In this document: in pieces, positions 39,714-53,540 of the stretch
Layout of the letters: every line of letters begins with the position of its first letter
How positions within the stretch are numbered: position 1 is the first letter of the stretch
Source of the DNA: Octopus sinensis
Taxonomy: Eukaryota
Reading direction: 5' to 3'
Assembly (NCBI RefSeq): GCF_006345805.1
Contig: NC_042997.1
Coordinates: forward strand, 190,154,001 to 190,218,000
Length of the DNA: 64,000 nt
Position numbers and translations under genes: made by a program
Notes under the pieces: model-generated
What the model was told of the DNA's origin: nothing
The model's input: only the letters and a program-made list of their open reading frames with translations
Database searches by the model: none

Positions 39714-42285
39714 CGCTTCAAAACTGACCCTTACCTTTGAATGGTAGCTATCATGAGTGGAGAGGAATGTGGACGTTTAAATGAACCTACGTCGGACAAT
39801 ATGTCCGAGGAAAGTAAACGAGGCAGAGAGCATTTCATCTATGCCTGTTTGTGATAATAGTATAGTCACATTTAAAAGGTTTTCATAGATTCAACAGCTG
39901 ACAATCATGCTGACAACAAAACACAGCCACCCAAACACAGCGTGCTGCTATCTCGTCATTATCAATATAAACCTTAACCTCTGTGACGCTAGTATTTAAG
40001 TAAATCTGGATGTATTATAAATACTTACACATATGCGTATATAAGTGTGTGTTAATATTTGTGTATACATATGTTTCTGTATAAATAGAACCATGTCATA
40101 GATACATAAGTCTGTAACTATCTATAGGACGTTAGTGTAGTTGGTTAAAGTGGGGTCTTATCTCCCTATAAGATAAATTTCTTGATTAGTAAATTTTAGA
40201 AAATTGACAAACATTTTGAATAAATTTTTTGCGGATTTGACGATTTTGTGTGCACATATTTGGACTACTTTTTCCCTCCTACATTACATTAGTGTATGTA
40301 TTTATTTAATTTGAAGAAAAAAAAAAAACTATCTAATTATCTGTATAGAATACTGAGGAAACGATAGTACAATCGACGAAAGTGAATTCAACCATGACAT
40401 TTCTTAGATTTCTCTTCTATCGAATTCGACCTGCAAATTATATCACTTGTTAAACGGAAAGCCATTAATTAGCAGTGAGGATTTTTAAAGGACGTCTTTA
40501 ACAAACTATAATTAGTGAATAACATGAAATAAAATTAATCGCACATACATCACTTATATCTCAAATAAACACATAGTATTAGATTTTGAGGGAAGTGAGT
40601 ATTGCAACTATATAGCATTCTATAAATTTCCTATATGGACAATGTGTTGTTGATGATATTGCTTAATCCCCAATTCAGGATGATCCAGCGGACCTATAAC
40701 CACTGGGGTCAATGTAATCGACTAATCCCCTCCAGTGAAATTACTGGCCTTGTGCCAAAATTTGAAATCTATATTAATAATAATGTTAATAGCCTAAAGT
40801 ATTGTAATAATTATGAAGATCTTTGGTAATATTAATATAAATTATTACGAGGAACAAAGATTCTGGTCATTTGGTTTTACTAAGGAATGAGTAAAACGCC
40901 GCTCAAGCGTCTACATTGTGGATTATATAGAAAGAGGAAATTATATGTAACGCATTGTTAACTAGGCCTAATATTGGCTTTGCTTTGAACTAACGCAGAG
41001 GCCCTATCGTTTGTGATAGCAGAAATGGAATTTGGCATCTTTCATAACATCTAAGTAAACACTAACTGTGTAAGTGAAGTGTAAAGTCTTCAACCAGATT
41101 CCGAAATTATATTTTCAAATATTAAAACATTAAATATACTGTAGGTCCTTTCATTAGGACGAACTGAAAGCGAACAGATTAACATCACAGTAAACAAACT
41201 AGTCTTGCGCCCTTTTATGTATCTGCTTTCATGTCAGAATTATTCCTTTTTGAGCTTCATACCGTCACAAGAAATGTATCTGCTGACTGATGTGTACGCC
41301 TATGGCTGATTCTCTTTTCATCTCTGTATATGTGTCATTATAACACTTGCATTTTTTCTTCCTGTCTCTATGTCTGTGTGATTATGTGTGAACAGGCAAT
41401 ACAAACAGAGTAGATATCTACGTCAGACTATTAACTAAAGGCAATGTACTTTTGCTACAGTAAAGATATCAGCTTTTATCAGTACTGTGAACGTTATCAA
41501 TGAATGTTCCTTTTAATGACACCATGGTACTCGTTTCGCTATTGCTACTGCAGATGTCATCATTGAATGAGTTAATACCTGAATGAATATAACAATCTAC
41601 TTATGAGTTTCTCGTCTAACACCTACAGATAAATCATCTGATTAGCGCAATTCAATGATATTAATTACATCTTAATCTTATGTTATCTCACACCTTATCA
41701 ACCCCATCTCATTTCATTTCGTTACTAACCCTCTCAGTTTCATATCATAATCAATTACTTCATTTCTTTTCTCTAAGTTACTCCATTACATTGTTTTCTG
41801 GAACTGTTCTACATCTAATTCTCTAAATTTTTATTCTATCTATCTTCTGTATTTCTTCTGTATTTCTCAATCTCTCTTTTCTTTAATTGTTCTGTTCCCT
41901 CGACTTCGTCTCTATCACATTTTCTAGGTTTTGTTATTCCTCTTTACGTTGTAGAATATTATACATTTATCTATTTCAAGCTCTCTATTTCAAATCCATC
42001 TGCCTCCCACTTTATCTTCTACTCGTGATTTATGTCTCATGTAAGAAATTATGTCTTTTCATATCGTTTGATCAATCTCTTATCAATTGTCTATCACTCC
42101 TTATCTCGTTCTCTCAAGATTTCACTTTCTCACTTCTTGCAAAAGAAGCAAAATTTTATTCAAATTCTTAATAATTCTTATACTGTCTCAGTTAACTGAC
42201 TAACCACCGTTGATAGCGATATAAGAAAGGAAACTACAAATTTAGTTCATAGTATACATCATTTATACATACATACATACATACA

Positions 42286-42313
<28 letters not shown>

Positions 42314-42316
<3 letters not shown>

Positions 42317-42516
42317 TTCTTTACTACCCACAAGGGGTTAAACACAGAGGGGACAAACAAGGACAGACAAACGGATTAAGTCGATTACATCGACCCCAGT
42401 GCGTAACTGGTACTTAATTGATCGACCCCGAAAGGATGAAAGGCAAAGTCGACCTCGGCGGAATTTGAACTCAGAACGTAACAGCAGACGAAATACGTCT
42501 ACGCATTTCGCCGCCT
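42314..42516 (-). mobile_element. SINE family A within (ACAT)n
   Basis: Family match with short deletion in head. Confidence 0.88.
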
Positions 42517-42614
42517 TCATATATACATACATACATACATACATACATACATACATACATACAAGCATGCATACATACATACATACATAATACATACATA
42601 CATACATACATACA

Positions 42615-42649
<35 letters not shown>

Positions 42650-43010
42650 CCTTGTTGCTTATTTTGATTTTAATCACCTTATTTTGAAATTGTATGGATA
42701 ATACCATACCATTTTGGTGCCTCAGCTTAAGTACCATATTCATCTGAATCTAATTTTTTACATACATATGCATATATGTATAGGTGGCTTAGCTATTAGG
42801 ATTTGGAAAACATGATTGTAAGATTTTGATTTCAATTCCTGGAATGGGCGAGGGATTGTGTTCTTGAGCAAAACATATCATTTCACATGGTGCAGTTCTC
42901 GAAAATGAGAAATGAGTAGCGATGGGACGGACTGGAGTCTCGTCCCGGATTGCGTAATAAATGTAACAGAATCCGGGCGACCAACCTTGTGAGTCCTACG
43001 AAGGACAGTT

Positions 43011-43055
<45 letters not shown>

Positions 43056-43851
43056 GGGATCGTGCATGTGAGTGTGAGTGAGTGTGTATGTGAGTGTGTG
43101 TGTGTGTGTGTGTGTGTTTGTATGTGTGTATTGTGTGTGTATGCGTGTTTGTGTATGTGTGTGTGTGCGCGTGTGTGTAGTAAAAAAGAATTTCTCTGAA
43201 GGTTTTCCCCGCGCGGTGGAATTATAGTAATATATCTTCTGGAAAATTAAGCATATTTAATTCTCAGTTTGCGATATTTTTCATGCAGTTATTAAGGTTT
43301 TACAATATGTCTATTGACAAATCTAGTCTTTAGGGTCGATAACAATCGTTATTAGGAAATTAATGCCATTAATTCCCTATCATTAAATTGCTTTTAACGT
43401 AAATACATGCAAATTTGCGTACGAAACAAAAATATTTATATTCTTATGGATAATTCAAATTCATTATTATTTATATTGTAGTTCATTGATTTGTCACACA
43501 AATATGTATATAAAAAAGCATAGAAATATTCATGTAGTGTATATATATAAGTAATGAATAGTAACTTACTAAACCGCCGTTATTTATTACTTTTATTCCT
43601 ACCTCAGTTCATCTAATTGTATATATCTTTCGTTACTTTTCATGAAAAATCTTTACTTTTTTATTTACAATGTGCATTTTCGTTGATTTTTCTTACTTTC
43701 CCCTTACATTACCACGTATAGTTTCTATTTTCTTTTTGTAACATATTTCTATTATATATATATATATATATATATATGTCATTTTTCGTCATTGGAAAAA
43801 GGATATATATTTGCAACGGGAACCTAATTTTCATCGACAACCGGTGATTGT

Positions 43852-43896
43852 CACACGATGATGACGGGTCAATACGCAGAAACTCGAGTCCGTGCG
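43852..43896 (+). ncRNA. Minimal hammerhead motif, decayed (H5)
   Basis: CACACG-ATGATGA-cgggtcaatacgca-GAA-ACTCGAGT-C-CGTGCG; palindromic stem III and GUC triplet; C3>A and a weak stem II. Confidence 0.6.
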
Positions 43897-44541
43897 TATC
43901 ATACAGGTTGAAGATGGGAAGAATGGCTTGCCTTTGCAAATACTGATAGGGCACAGAAGGTGTGTCAATAGCCAGCTGGATGAGGTGTCCTTCTATGTCT
44001 ACAAGCTACAGTAGCATCTACCCTTAAGGGTTAGCCACATTTAAGTGGCAAATATACTTCACGATATATATGAATATATATTATTTTATATATACATATA
44101 TATATTAATATATATATATCTATCTATATATATATATTAATATATATATCAATATATATATATATAGATATATATATATATATACGTTTAAATATTTGTT
44201 GTGCAAGATTTTTTATGTGAAGTCGTGTGTTGAAACAGATATTGTTATATTTCGGAATGGTCATTTATATCATATTGCCGAAATAAGATTAAGATTAATG
44301 TAAAAAATAAATATCACTGAAGCAAAATAACATCAAATATATAGTGCGTGTGTTTTTATTGGCTAAACTGGCAATATGACCATTCCGAAATATAACAATA
44401 TATATATATATATTATATTAAATTAGAGATAAAACCACTATTAGGCAAATCATACAATGAAAAACTTAAGCCAATACATAAGATTAATTAATTTATATTA
44501 TTTAAATATATATCAAAATTATTAAAAAAGATAATTAATAT

Positions 44542-44610
44542 AACACTACGATCGTTTCATAGCTGTTCAATTCTTAAAATTTTCGAGTTACAGTCATTCT
44601 TCAGGTGGTT
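44542..44610 (-). ncRNA. Minimal type I hammerhead motif (H6, inverted copy)
   Basis: Minus: AACCAC-CTGAAGA-ATGACTGT...ACAGCTAT-GAA-ACGATCGT-A-GTGTT. Confidence 0.75.
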
Positions 44611-44710
44611 TAAATATTTAACTTGGCGAGGTTTAATCAATGAGTTCATTTATTAAACCTCACCAAGTTAAATGAGTTCATTGATTAAACCTCGCCAAGT
44701 TAAATATTTA

Positions 44711-44777
44711 AACCACCTGAAGATGACTGTAACTCGAAAATTTTAAGATTGAACAGCCATGAAACGATCGTAGTGTT
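44711..44777 (+). ncRNA. Minimal type I hammerhead motif (H6, forward copy)
   Basis: AACCAC-CTGAAGA-TGACTGT...ACAGCCAT-GAA-ACGATCGT-A-GTGTT. Confidence 0.75.
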
Positions 44778-44996
44778 ATATTAATTATCTTTTTTAATAA
44801 TTTTGATATATATTTAAATAATATAAATTAATTAATCTTATGTATTGGCTTAAGTTTTTCATTGTATGATTTGCCTAATAGTGGTTTTATCTCTAATTTA
44901 ATATAATATAATATTTTACTATAAAATTGGATTCAATCCTAAATCTGATTTTTCCCTGTAAGTTTGGATTTATTCCCTAATATTTTATTATTAATA

Positions 44997-45040
<44 letters not shown>

Positions 45041-45260
45041 ATATATATATATATATATACAATATATATATATATATATATAATATATATATATACAAAT
45101 ATATATATGTTCAACTTATAAATAAGGGCAAAGAAAAAACTTCCAATGCCAAATATGCCGAGAATAGTCTTTGAATCGTCACTAACCACAAATAATACAT
45201 CACTATAATAAGCACGCGTCTCGAAGAAAGGTGACAGAAATTTCTAAAAATATTCCGTTA

Positions 45261-45321
45261 TTACCGAATCGGTCCGATTTCTGAGTTAATCCATTAAGAC
45301 CTTTCTCGTCATCAGCAGTAA
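45261..45321 (-). ncRNA. Type I hammerhead motif (H7)
   Basis: Minus: TTACTG-CTGATGA-C-GAG...CTC-A-GAA-ATCGGACCGAT-T-CGGTAA; in a ~300 bp insert between (TA)n. Confidence 0.7.
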
Positions 45322-45452
45322 ATACATTATTCATAAGTTGTTTATAATCTTCACCTTAAAACGTATTTTTTTAATATGATGATAAATTTTTTGACAATTT
45401 TATCCTATATTAGATGTATATATATATCTTTATATGTATATATATGTATATA

Positions 45453-45506
<54 letters not shown>

Positions 45507-45629
45507 TTATATAACGCATGAACATGATCCACCCGATGTCTATGAACACTATGGACTCCACTGTGAACCTGAGAATCATGTGATTTATGGAAACGCACGT
45601 AAGGATTAAAATATTTATAAATTCCATCA

Positions 45630-45687
<58 letters not shown>

Positions 45688-46019
45688 GCATAAATACATA
45701 CATACATACATACATATATACATACATACATACATAAGGAGTGATGCAGCGTGCTTGAACTATTTTGATAAAGTAATAAGAAAGAAGTGGAAGAGCTTCT
45801 TACACAGGAAAATGGAGAAAGTTTAATAGCCTTTAAATGGTCTCTTTGTATTTCAATCAGACAGGTCCCTCATCACAGATAAGCAGGATATAAAAGTTAG
45901 CAATATGCAGTAGCCGTCATGTTTATCGCTGTTGAAGCAACAACCAATATAACTGATTCTGAATAGAGTAGCGTTATGGACCGTGTGATCCTGTTGCTGA
46001 GCTTTTATGTGACTGAAGA

Positions 46020-46100
<81 letters not shown>

Positions 46101-46116
46101 ATTTATGTATGTGTAT

Positions 46117-46159
<43 letters not shown>

Positions 46160-46234
46160 TATGTATGCATGTATATATATGATAGATCGTTAGCCACTAC
46201 ACACATTTTTTCTCTCCTTGTTTTTTTCTGTGTC

Positions 46235-46272
46235 CCTTTCTGTAGAAGAGCGTAGGCTCGAAACGTAAAATA
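46235..46272 (+). ncRNA. Minimal hammerhead-like motif, family H1 copy 3
   Basis: CCTTT-CTGTAGA-A-GAGC-gtag-GCTC-GAAA-CG-TA-AAAta; element ~46180-46365 between (TA)n. Confidence 0.5.
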
Positions 46273-46907
46273 CTTTTTCTATTCCTGAGCGTTATACTAA
46301 TATATCTGTTTGTTTTGTACACCACCTGTCTTCGTCTTTTGTTTCTTTTTTCGTAAACTCTCCCTATATATATATATATATATATATATACAATATATAT
46401 ATATATAGATATATATATATATATATATATATGCACCCACATATATAACTACATATAAATAATGTGTAAATGGCAATCAAAGAATGCTGGGCTTTTCAGA
46501 AAGGAAAGGAATGGCTACCATAATCTTACTGATATAGCGTGTATGGAACTGTAAAATTATACAAGGCTTTTCTGCTGCTAAATACAATTATTATTGTTGG
46601 ACATTTTAAAATTTTTTAATAGATTTATGTGGAGTGACTTTACAATAAGGAGCGGAACTTACAATTTCATGTAATTCAGATAGCCTCATGCTTCCAGTAG
46701 ACAAAATGGAAATGGCATTGCCCCGGAGAATGGCGTCCGAGATTTGCTGGAGTAACCATTCTAACACACAGGACACAAGGATTTCTTATTCCATACGTGG
46801 CAAATATCAATCTTATCTATATTGATGGAGCTTTTGTTTAGAAACCAACTCCTTCCAAGACGAAATTAAATAAATAAAAAGCGAATATACACCCTAGTTT
46901 GTCTATG

Positions 46908-46946
<39 letters not shown>

Positions 46947-47239
46947 TGTGTGTGGTGTGTGTGTGCGTGCGTGCGTGCGAATGTGTTTTCTCTGAGAAGA
47001 TGAAGAGAGGAGAGGCGTAACTGCTTGATATGTTCTAGGAAGTCAATAAACACCAAATATCATTAGTTCGAAATATTGCGATTTATACATTGTTATAGGT
47101 TATTGATACGGCTTATTGATATATAAATGTTAATGTCACAACATTGCTCAATATCTTCAGACGGAGCTAATTGACACTGTTGCGGTAAGTATCTCTATAA
47201 ACATGATATCAACATAATCTGGCATCTCCAAATATTAAT

Positions 47240-47650
47240 TGTGACGGTGGTGGTAGTGGTGATGGTGTTGTTGTTGTTGTTGTGGTGGTGGTGGTGTCTG
47301 CTGTGTCGGTGATGATAATGACGACGCGATGAGGATGGGACACTGACGATTACAATGGGCCCTACGATGATGATGATGATGGTGATGACGATGATGATGA
47401 TGATAATGATTATGATGATGATGATGAAGACGACGACTACGAAGACGCCGTCGGCGATGAAAAGGATGATAATAATAGTGATGATGATGATGGTGAAGAA
47501 GAAGAAGAAGAAGAAGAAGAAAAAAGAAGAAGAAGAAGAAGAAGAAGAAGAAGAAGAAGAAGAAGAAGAAGAAGAAGAAGAAGAAGAAGAAGAAGAAGAA
47601 GAGAAGAAGGAGGAGGAGGAGGAGGAGGAGGAGGATGACGACGACGACTA
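47240..47650. repeat. Compound trinucleotide microsatellite (GGT/TGT/GAT/GAA/GAG/GAC)
   Basis: Direct observation. Confidence 0.95.
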
Positions 47651-49158
47651 TACAGATATATAGTGGGTTTTGATGTCGCAGATGGAACCACAATGTCTTT
47701 CAGTGAATTGTATTCGGAGAAATTATAAAACAGTATTCCAAGAAACAGGTCATGGAAAGAGACGTCGGCACCTCTTTGTCATCCACACCAAAACGGAAGA
47801 ATACATATCGCGGCAGACGAAATACTGCTAAGAATTTCGCCCGGCGTAGTAACGATTCCGCCAGCTCGCCGCCTTAAAGCAGAGCAAAAAATATTAACGA
47901 CAAATATATTGGCACAAATTAACACGGCAACTTCGACTTACAGTAAACAATTCTTTCTCAAAGAAATATCTTGAAACTATCTTGAAATAAAGAAATACAT
48001 CCGATAATTTTGAATAAGCAGCACGGCCACAGTTTGATTACCTCTGATCATAGGCCTGGTGGAAGAGTCGAATGGCGTCTTGGGGTATCATCATAAGTTT
48101 GACAGGAAATTTTGTGTCTGATTATAAACTTGATCAATGATTTGAATGGAGATTTGGCCTTTTATCATGAACCTCAAAAACTCTTTGGGTACTATTTCAA
48201 ACAGACCAAGAAGCCACATAGAGGTAACCCTCGTTTGGTCGTAGTGTTTTTATTGTTGTTATTACTGTAAGTGAATAACAATGATTCAAGATATATTCTA
48301 CATTGTTGTAGATATCAAAAGAAATAGAATTGTGATACGTGTAATTCTACAGTTTGAGCCAATCAAATTTATACGTCTTTTCGCGCGCGCGTTTGAGAGA
48401 GCGAGAGAGCGAGAAAGAGAGAGAGAGAGAAAGAGTGAGAAGGAAAGAAAGAAGGAGAGGACGGGGAGAGTGTGTATGATATTAAAGGCGTATGAGATTA
48501 CTGGGTGGAAGTTCCTCAGATATCAAAATGGAAATACGCTGGCACGCTTACACACACGCGCACACACACACACACACATACATACACACACATACATACA
48601 CAAACATAGACACATGTGTGGCCGGGCATGCACAGAACGGAGACTGCCGGACTCACACGTCCTCATACAGATGCATCTCTTTATGCGCCGACATAATTGT
48701 ATATATGTTTGTATTCAGGAAGGAAACGAATAATCGATCTGAAGCAAAACAAGATTTTGGTGAAAGTAAATTATAATGCTAAACATATTCCTATGAATCC
48801 TATTTCTGTACGCCATCCTTCATATGTAGTATCTATGTATTTTTTTTTTATTTATGGAAAGATAGCCACTTCGTTTTCTAATACCTCTTTCTTAGTATTC
48901 ATTTCTTTCTCTATAACCCAGACTTGGCGGCTGAATTCAGGTGAACGTAAACATATAATCTTTAATACCCTACTTGCTATCAACAGCAACCACATGGAAT
49001 AGCTAGTGAATTTCAAAGGGTTGTGCACTGAAAGATTTCCAGTTGAGGTTCACCGTTTTAACGTTTAAGGTCAGAATACAGAGAATCACACAAACTGTTT
49101 CCCACAGCTTACCTGACGACAACAACTGCTAAACAGCTTACATGCATATATAAGAGGA

Positions 49159-49548
49159 CTAGCAGTATCACCCAGCGTTGCTCGGGTGTGTCTCGACCCT
49201 TTAGAATTGGAATTTTTGAAAAGTAAAAATTTTGCATTATGTAGCTTGTTATTCCCTTTAAGTGAACATTTTTCTGGTTGAAATACACCGACAAATTGCG
49301 ACACAGCAGTCAAGAAATCGTAAAACATAGGGATTTTCATAGAAAAATAGCAACTTTTTGATGTAAATAATCTTTGGTCTTAACATGGTCCGATTTGAAT
49401 TTTTTCTTCTACGGAAGGAAGAGCAAGCCTTCTTCTATCATACTCTCAATTTTTGTCAACTTGCGCCGCAGGATCTCGGAGGAGATAGCGTTAGTTGAAA
49501 GCTACCAAACCTGCCACACACAGACAACTTCAGTTTTATATATATAGA
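49159..49548 (-). mobile_element. Non-autonomous Helitron
   Basis: Minus: a|TCTATATATATAAAA...cccgagcaacgctgggtgatactgCTAG|t. Confidence 0.85.
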
Positions 49549-49852
49549 TTATCCGAGAAAAGGGATTTCAACCTCATGATTCATGATTTTTTTTCTATCA
49601 TGATATTGGCATTAACTTTCGTCTTAATACTAAGTATACATTTCAGTAAAAATAAAATTCTCTGGTGTCATAATAATTTTACTTCCTTTATCGACACAAT
49701 TTCCATTCAGATTGAAGTCTATCCAGTATAAATATGAACTTGGTGAGTGAAACGCATCTAAGTGAGATGAATGTTGAACATTCAGATGTATGCTATGTAT
49801 CTGCAAGTCTATATATACAAACTTATATTTATATATATATATATATATATAT

Positions 49853-49899
<47 letters not shown>

Positions 49900-50092
49900 C
49901 GCATATTTACCATTTGAATATGGCTAACCCATAAGGGTGGATGGTACTGTAGTATCTACAAACTACAGTAGCATCCACCCTTATGGGTTAGCCATATTCA
50001 AATGGCAAATATGCGTCACGATGTGTTACCGCTACTGTTTATAACTCGCTCTGAGATTTATCATTATATATATATATTTATTTATATATAAG

Positions 50093-50591
50093 ACTTAGAT
50101 ATGCTTCGACCAAAGATTGGTCCATGGTCCAGGCCATGTCTAACTTAATAGCATCACCTGATAGGATTATCTAAATCCTTTTTAAGTCAAGTTTTGCTTA
50201 TGGTCCTTTCATGTAGTGAGTTCTTATTGAGTGGGTTGTATCCAGGTATAGGTGGTTTATCTGGTATTCCTTGAAGAAATCTGTCCAGACTCCGTTTAAA
50301 GGTGATAGGATCCGTTTCCTCTTTAATCAGTCTTGTGACAATGTTAAACAGGGCAGGGGACCTGTTAAGGAAGAGAAATTATGACGCAGTGTACCTATAT
50401 GTTGCGATCTTGAAGTGGGCAGGGGAGGTATGGCCCGTGTTCCCAGCCTTGGATGAACCTTGAAACTAATGTTCAGGTCATTTGGGCAATGCTGGCGGTA
50501 TATTCTCCACATCGTACAAAGGATGTGCCGCTCGCAGCGGTGCTGAAGAGAGTAGAGTTTCAAGACTTTAAGGTGGTCCCAGTAATCGAGA
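50093..50591 (-). mobile_element. 5'-truncated CR1-like LINE 3' end
   Basis: LDYWDHLKVLKLYSLQHRCER...ALFN...FKRSLDRFLQGIPDKP...NSL, typical CR1-group ORF2 C-terminus, with frameshift. Confidence 0.8.
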
Positions 50592-51198
50592 TCATATATA
50601 TAATATTGTATATTATATTTTTGTATATATTATATATATTTGCATAAACACACACACACACACCACACACACACACACACATTATAATAGAAATCCTCCA
50701 ATTTCCAGAACTCAGAGTTACTCATTTCCGATCATCGACTGGTTAACCAAGCCTGGTTTTCATTCAAAAATACCTACTAACTGAATATGGGGTAATATGA
50801 AATGTAAGTTTGATGGAAACGCTTAGCTTTTATGTCCTTGTATTTGAAATCCTATGTGAGCGAAATAGCTCCTTCATACTCACACTTTTGATTTTCTTTT
50901 CTGGTTCTTATTAGAATATTGCTATAAACGTCATAAAGTCCATTAAAAATAGTGCAACCTTTGTACGTGCAAAAATCTGGGGGTTTTGAATTAAGGCAGC
51001 AATAGTTTGAACAAAAGAACTGATGAATGAACTCTTTGTATACACGCGGGTAAGTATCTTTGAATTTCGTTCTGGTTCAGTGAAAAAAAATATGGGTTTC
51101 GAAAGGTTTTATTGGTATATGTTTTAATATGTGAGGGTGCGTCTCTATGTATGTGTATGTTTATATATGCTTATGCTTTTATGTATAAATGAATATAT

Positions 51199-51419
51199 AT
51201 ATTTCTTTATTGCCCTCAAGGGGCTAAACACAGAGGAAACAAACAAAGACAAAGAGACTAAGTCGATTACATCGTGCGTAATTGGTACTTTATTTATCGA
51301 CCCTGAAAGGATGGAAGGTAAAGTGGACCTCGGCGGGATTTGAACTCAGAACGCAACAGCAGACGAAATACAGCTAAGCATTTCGCCCGGCGTGCTAACG
51401 TTTCTGCCAGCTCGCCGCC
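51199..51419 (-). mobile_element. SINE family A
   Basis: Family match; TSD tgtata.atgaatatata. Confidence 0.88.
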
Positions 51420-52528
51420 TTGTATACATGAATATATAATTCTGTGTGTATATGTGAGCGTGGTATGTATGCGTCAGAACCGGAGCATGCAAAAATGTAC
51501 ATCCGAATACTAACACACTGTTTTAGGTCTTTTTAAAACATTAATTAAAGTATCATTTAAAACTATTTAAAAGTATTATTTTCAAACGTTACTTAAAGCA
51601 CAACGCAGTTTAATGATATCGCTAAATTCCCACTTTCATCAGTTTTATGGTGTTCGATACGAGTTCAAATCCCAGTCGACTCCTTAGACTGATTTTATAT
51701 ATAAAAAAATACTGAACTCTCACAGTTCTTGGTAGTGAATCTATCTAAAAATTCAACATTACTGGCGAGTAGAATATAGTAAGGGAGAAGAAAGAGAGAG
51801 AGAGAGATAGAGAGAGACTTAGCCATCTGGGATTATTTTCCATGCAACACTATCAATTCTAAACTGAAGCTTTTTAACATCAATAATGCTATAGAAAGAA
51901 ATGAATGCCGCGCTTCTCAATCCATTAGAAAGAAACATCCATGGTTGCTGTCCGTAGTTGAAGTAAAGGTGTTGATCTAGCGGCGTGAGACTGATTTTCT
52001 GTTGAATTCATATCACATATCCTACGCCAGTAACCATTACTAATCTTGAAATAGGCAGTTAAATTCCAAGTCTTTTTTTTTTCTTCGTGGTTGCGTGGCA
52101 TTAGTTCACAGAAACAAAGAAATGCTATTGATAAGATCTATAGAGAAATAATTAAGATGCTAGACAAGCTGTTGCGATTTCATTTTGTAGCCGAAACCAT
52201 TTTAGTTCACTGTTGCTAATAGTTCCCTTGCATCATGATTAAGTGTCAGAAACTACCATTCCATCTTCGTCAACAAAACAAAACCAAATTAATATTAATT
52301 AGAAATGAAATTGCTAACATAATTATATAAAACGGTAATTTCTCTACAATTTGAGTGCAGCATTCCCTCATACAGTGTTACAAAGCGCTTTAAATCTGAA
52401 TCCGTTTTCTGATCATCAATGATTCCTGTTAATCACGCGAGAAAAATGATTTAATTACATTTAGTTATCAAGGTAGATTAATCAGTGTAAAGATTTATCT
52501 CTTACAGGTTCTCTACATCAAGTAAAAT

Positions 52529-52947
52529 ATCCTATTCTACTCTAGGCACAAGGCCCGAAATTTTTGGGGAGGGGCCAGTCGATTAGATCGACCTCCGTAC
52601 GTAACTGGTACTTAATTTATCGACGCCGAAAGGATGAAAGGCAAAGTTGATCTCGACAGAATTTGAACTCAGAACGTAAAGACAGTAAAGCATTTCACCC
52701 GCCGTGCTAACGTTTCTTATTTTTTTATTGCCCACAAGGGACTAAACATAGAAGGGACAAACAAGGACAGACAAAGGGATTAAGTCGATTACATCGATCT
52801 CAGTGCGTAACTGGTACTTATGTAATCGACACCGAAAGGATGAAAGGCAAAGTCGACCTCGGCGGATTTGAACTCAGAACGTAACGGCAGACGAAATACC
52901 GCTAGGCATTTCGCCCGGCGTGCTAACGATTCTGCCAGCTCGCCGCC
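52529..52947 (-). mobile_element. SINE family A, nested dimer with two tail types
   Basis: ggcacaaggcc-type tail copy interrupted by a cccacaaggg-type tail copy. Confidence 0.85.
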
Positions 52948-53142
52948 TTACAAGAAATAAAATATCGTTTGGGTTTTAATTATGTGACAACAAGGTTTGA
53001 TCAACATCTCAAAAATTTCACTTGTCTTTAAAATGTGAAGCAATGCGAAAGTTGACAACATAGTCATAAAAACTACCGGTCACCCAAAGCCTTTGAGTAG
53101 ATTTGGCAGACGGAAACTGAAAGAAGCTGATTCCATGTATGT

Positions 53143-53540
53143 AGGCGCAGGAGTGACTGTGTGATAAGAAGCTTACTTCCCAACCACATAGTTCCGGGTT
53201 CAGTTCCACAGCGTGGCACTTTGGACATCTGTCTCCTACTATACCCCCGGACCGACCAAAGCCTTGTGAGTGGATTTGGTAGACGGAAACTGAAAGAAGT
53301 CTGTTGTGTATATATATATACGTATTTGCGTGTCTGAGTTTGTCCCCCACTATCACTTGACAACCGATCTTGGTGTGTTTACGTCCCCATAACTTAGCGG
53401 TTCTGCGAAAGATACTGATAGAATAAGTACTAGGCTTACAAAAACTAAGTCATAGGGTAGATTTGTTCGATTAAAGGTGGTACTCGTGCATGGCTGCAGT
53501 CAAGTGACTGAAACATGTAAATGAATAAAAGAATAAAAGT
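53143..53540 (+). mobile_element. SINE family B, with older fragments on both sides (~53080-53770)
   Basis: Family match. Confidence 0.82.

Larger units (their letters stand above)
44409..44910. repeat. Inverted repeat (arms ~235 bp) of the H6 element
   Basis: 44409-44643 is the reverse complement of 44678-44910. Confidence 0.95.

Noticed and set aside
47235-47693. Poly-K/E/M and poly-F/L/H ORFs
   Set aside because: Compound trinucleotide microsatellite open in several frames; no splice or homology support
48355-48470. CCAAT, CpG run and GA-repeat as a possible promoter
   Set aside because: Short motifs expected by chance; no linked exon identified
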